Assembly (NCBI GenBank): GCA_047495785.1 | Contig: JBLDXI010000009.1 | Span: forward strand, 3,906,001 to 3,970,000 | DNA length: 64,000 nt | Direction of reading: 5' to 3' | Source of the DNA: Lepidodermella squamata | Taxonomy: Eukaryota; Animalia; Gastrotricha | In this document: piece after piece, positions 63,391 through 64,000 of the stretch | Layout of the letters: the number at the start of each line of letters is the position of its first letter | Numbering within the stretch: position 1 is the stretch's first letter | Position numbers and translations under genes: made by a program | Notes under the pieces: generated by a model | Told to the model about the DNA's origin: nothing | Databases searched by the model: none | The model's input: only the letters and a program-made list of their open reading frames with translations

Positions 63391-63532
63391 TGTCGGTGTG
63401 TCTGCATTAGAATTATTATCGCACATACCTTATCGAATAAGCTTCTGGCTCTAGAATTGTGTGCTATGAAAACTTCTTCTAATTCAATATTCCGTATCAC
63501 CGATTACTTTCTAGGTTTTGCTAAAATACTTG

Positions 63533-64000
63533 ATGCCGAATTACAAGCTGCATTATTTGGACGTTAGTTGTTTGCTGAAGTGGATTTATTCTCATTTCCA
63601 TGTGCGCTACAGGGCCGTGGCCGAGCTGAGATCTCACGTTTGATCCTTAGCTACGCTGGGGTACCTTTCGAAGACATCCGCTATAGTGATGCGGAGTGGC
63701 CCAAGGCTAAGGCGTCCAAAGGTTTCCCTGGAAATCAAGTTCCGGCTTTGGAAATTGATGGACAAATTTTCGGGCAAAGCATGTCGATAGCGCGTTATCT
63801 AGCCCACGAGACCGGTGAAATTCATCAAATTCAAATTTTGGCTGATTACCAAACGTTTTTATTTCAGGACTTGATGGCAAAAACGCAATAGAGCAGTTGA
63901 AGGCCTCAGGTATCGTGGACTCGACTTACGATCTGCTGAACAAAATTTGGTCTCGCTATTTCTACTTCAAATCCGATGTTGCCAAGCAAGAGTTGTGGGA
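63533..64000 (+). CDS. Glutathione S-transferase, sigma class (3' truncated by the window)
   Basis: Exons 63533-63562, 63613-63814, 63868->64000. MPNYKLHYLDGRGRAEISR, QVPALEIDG, QSMSIARYLA. Confidence 0.93.

Noticed and set aside
1-64000. rRNA, tRNA, snRNA or CRISPR arrays
   Set aside because: None recognised by eye; the DNA is eukaryotic. A covariance-model scan was not possible.

Overview
Eukaryotic genomic DNA from an invertebrate animal with a compact, AT-rich genome. Introns are mostly short (about 50-110 nt) GT-AG with TTTCAG-type acceptors; the species cannot be identified from sequence alone. The ORF track fragments the genes, so I rebuilt exon structures by hand and checked splice phases. 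Gene order: neuralized-like E3 (-, runs off the left edge), PBDC1 (-), XPNPEP1 (+), a ~33 kb head-to-tail array of NINE intact PP1 glycogen-targeting subunit paralogues (PPP1R3/CBM21 family, all -, 6740-39829), a mariner-like remnant, sigma GST (-), DPCD (-), an equilibrative nucleoside transporter (-), an 8-exon ~1683-aa protein with a helical core, possible TOPAZ1-like C-terminal domain and P/Q/Y prion-like tail (+), a secreted acetylcholine-binding-protein-like Cys-loop ectodomain with a shortened Cys-loop (+), and two more sigma GSTs (+, the last truncated). The main candidate novel system is the PPP1R3 array. Its paralogues vary independently in the RVxF phospho-site, the glycogen-binding motif and the C-terminal tail, and several share upstream motifs (ChoRE-like, TCACGTGA, TTGTTTAC and an unassigned CTGTCCGAAAC). 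Family assignments rest on recalled motifs; no database search was run.
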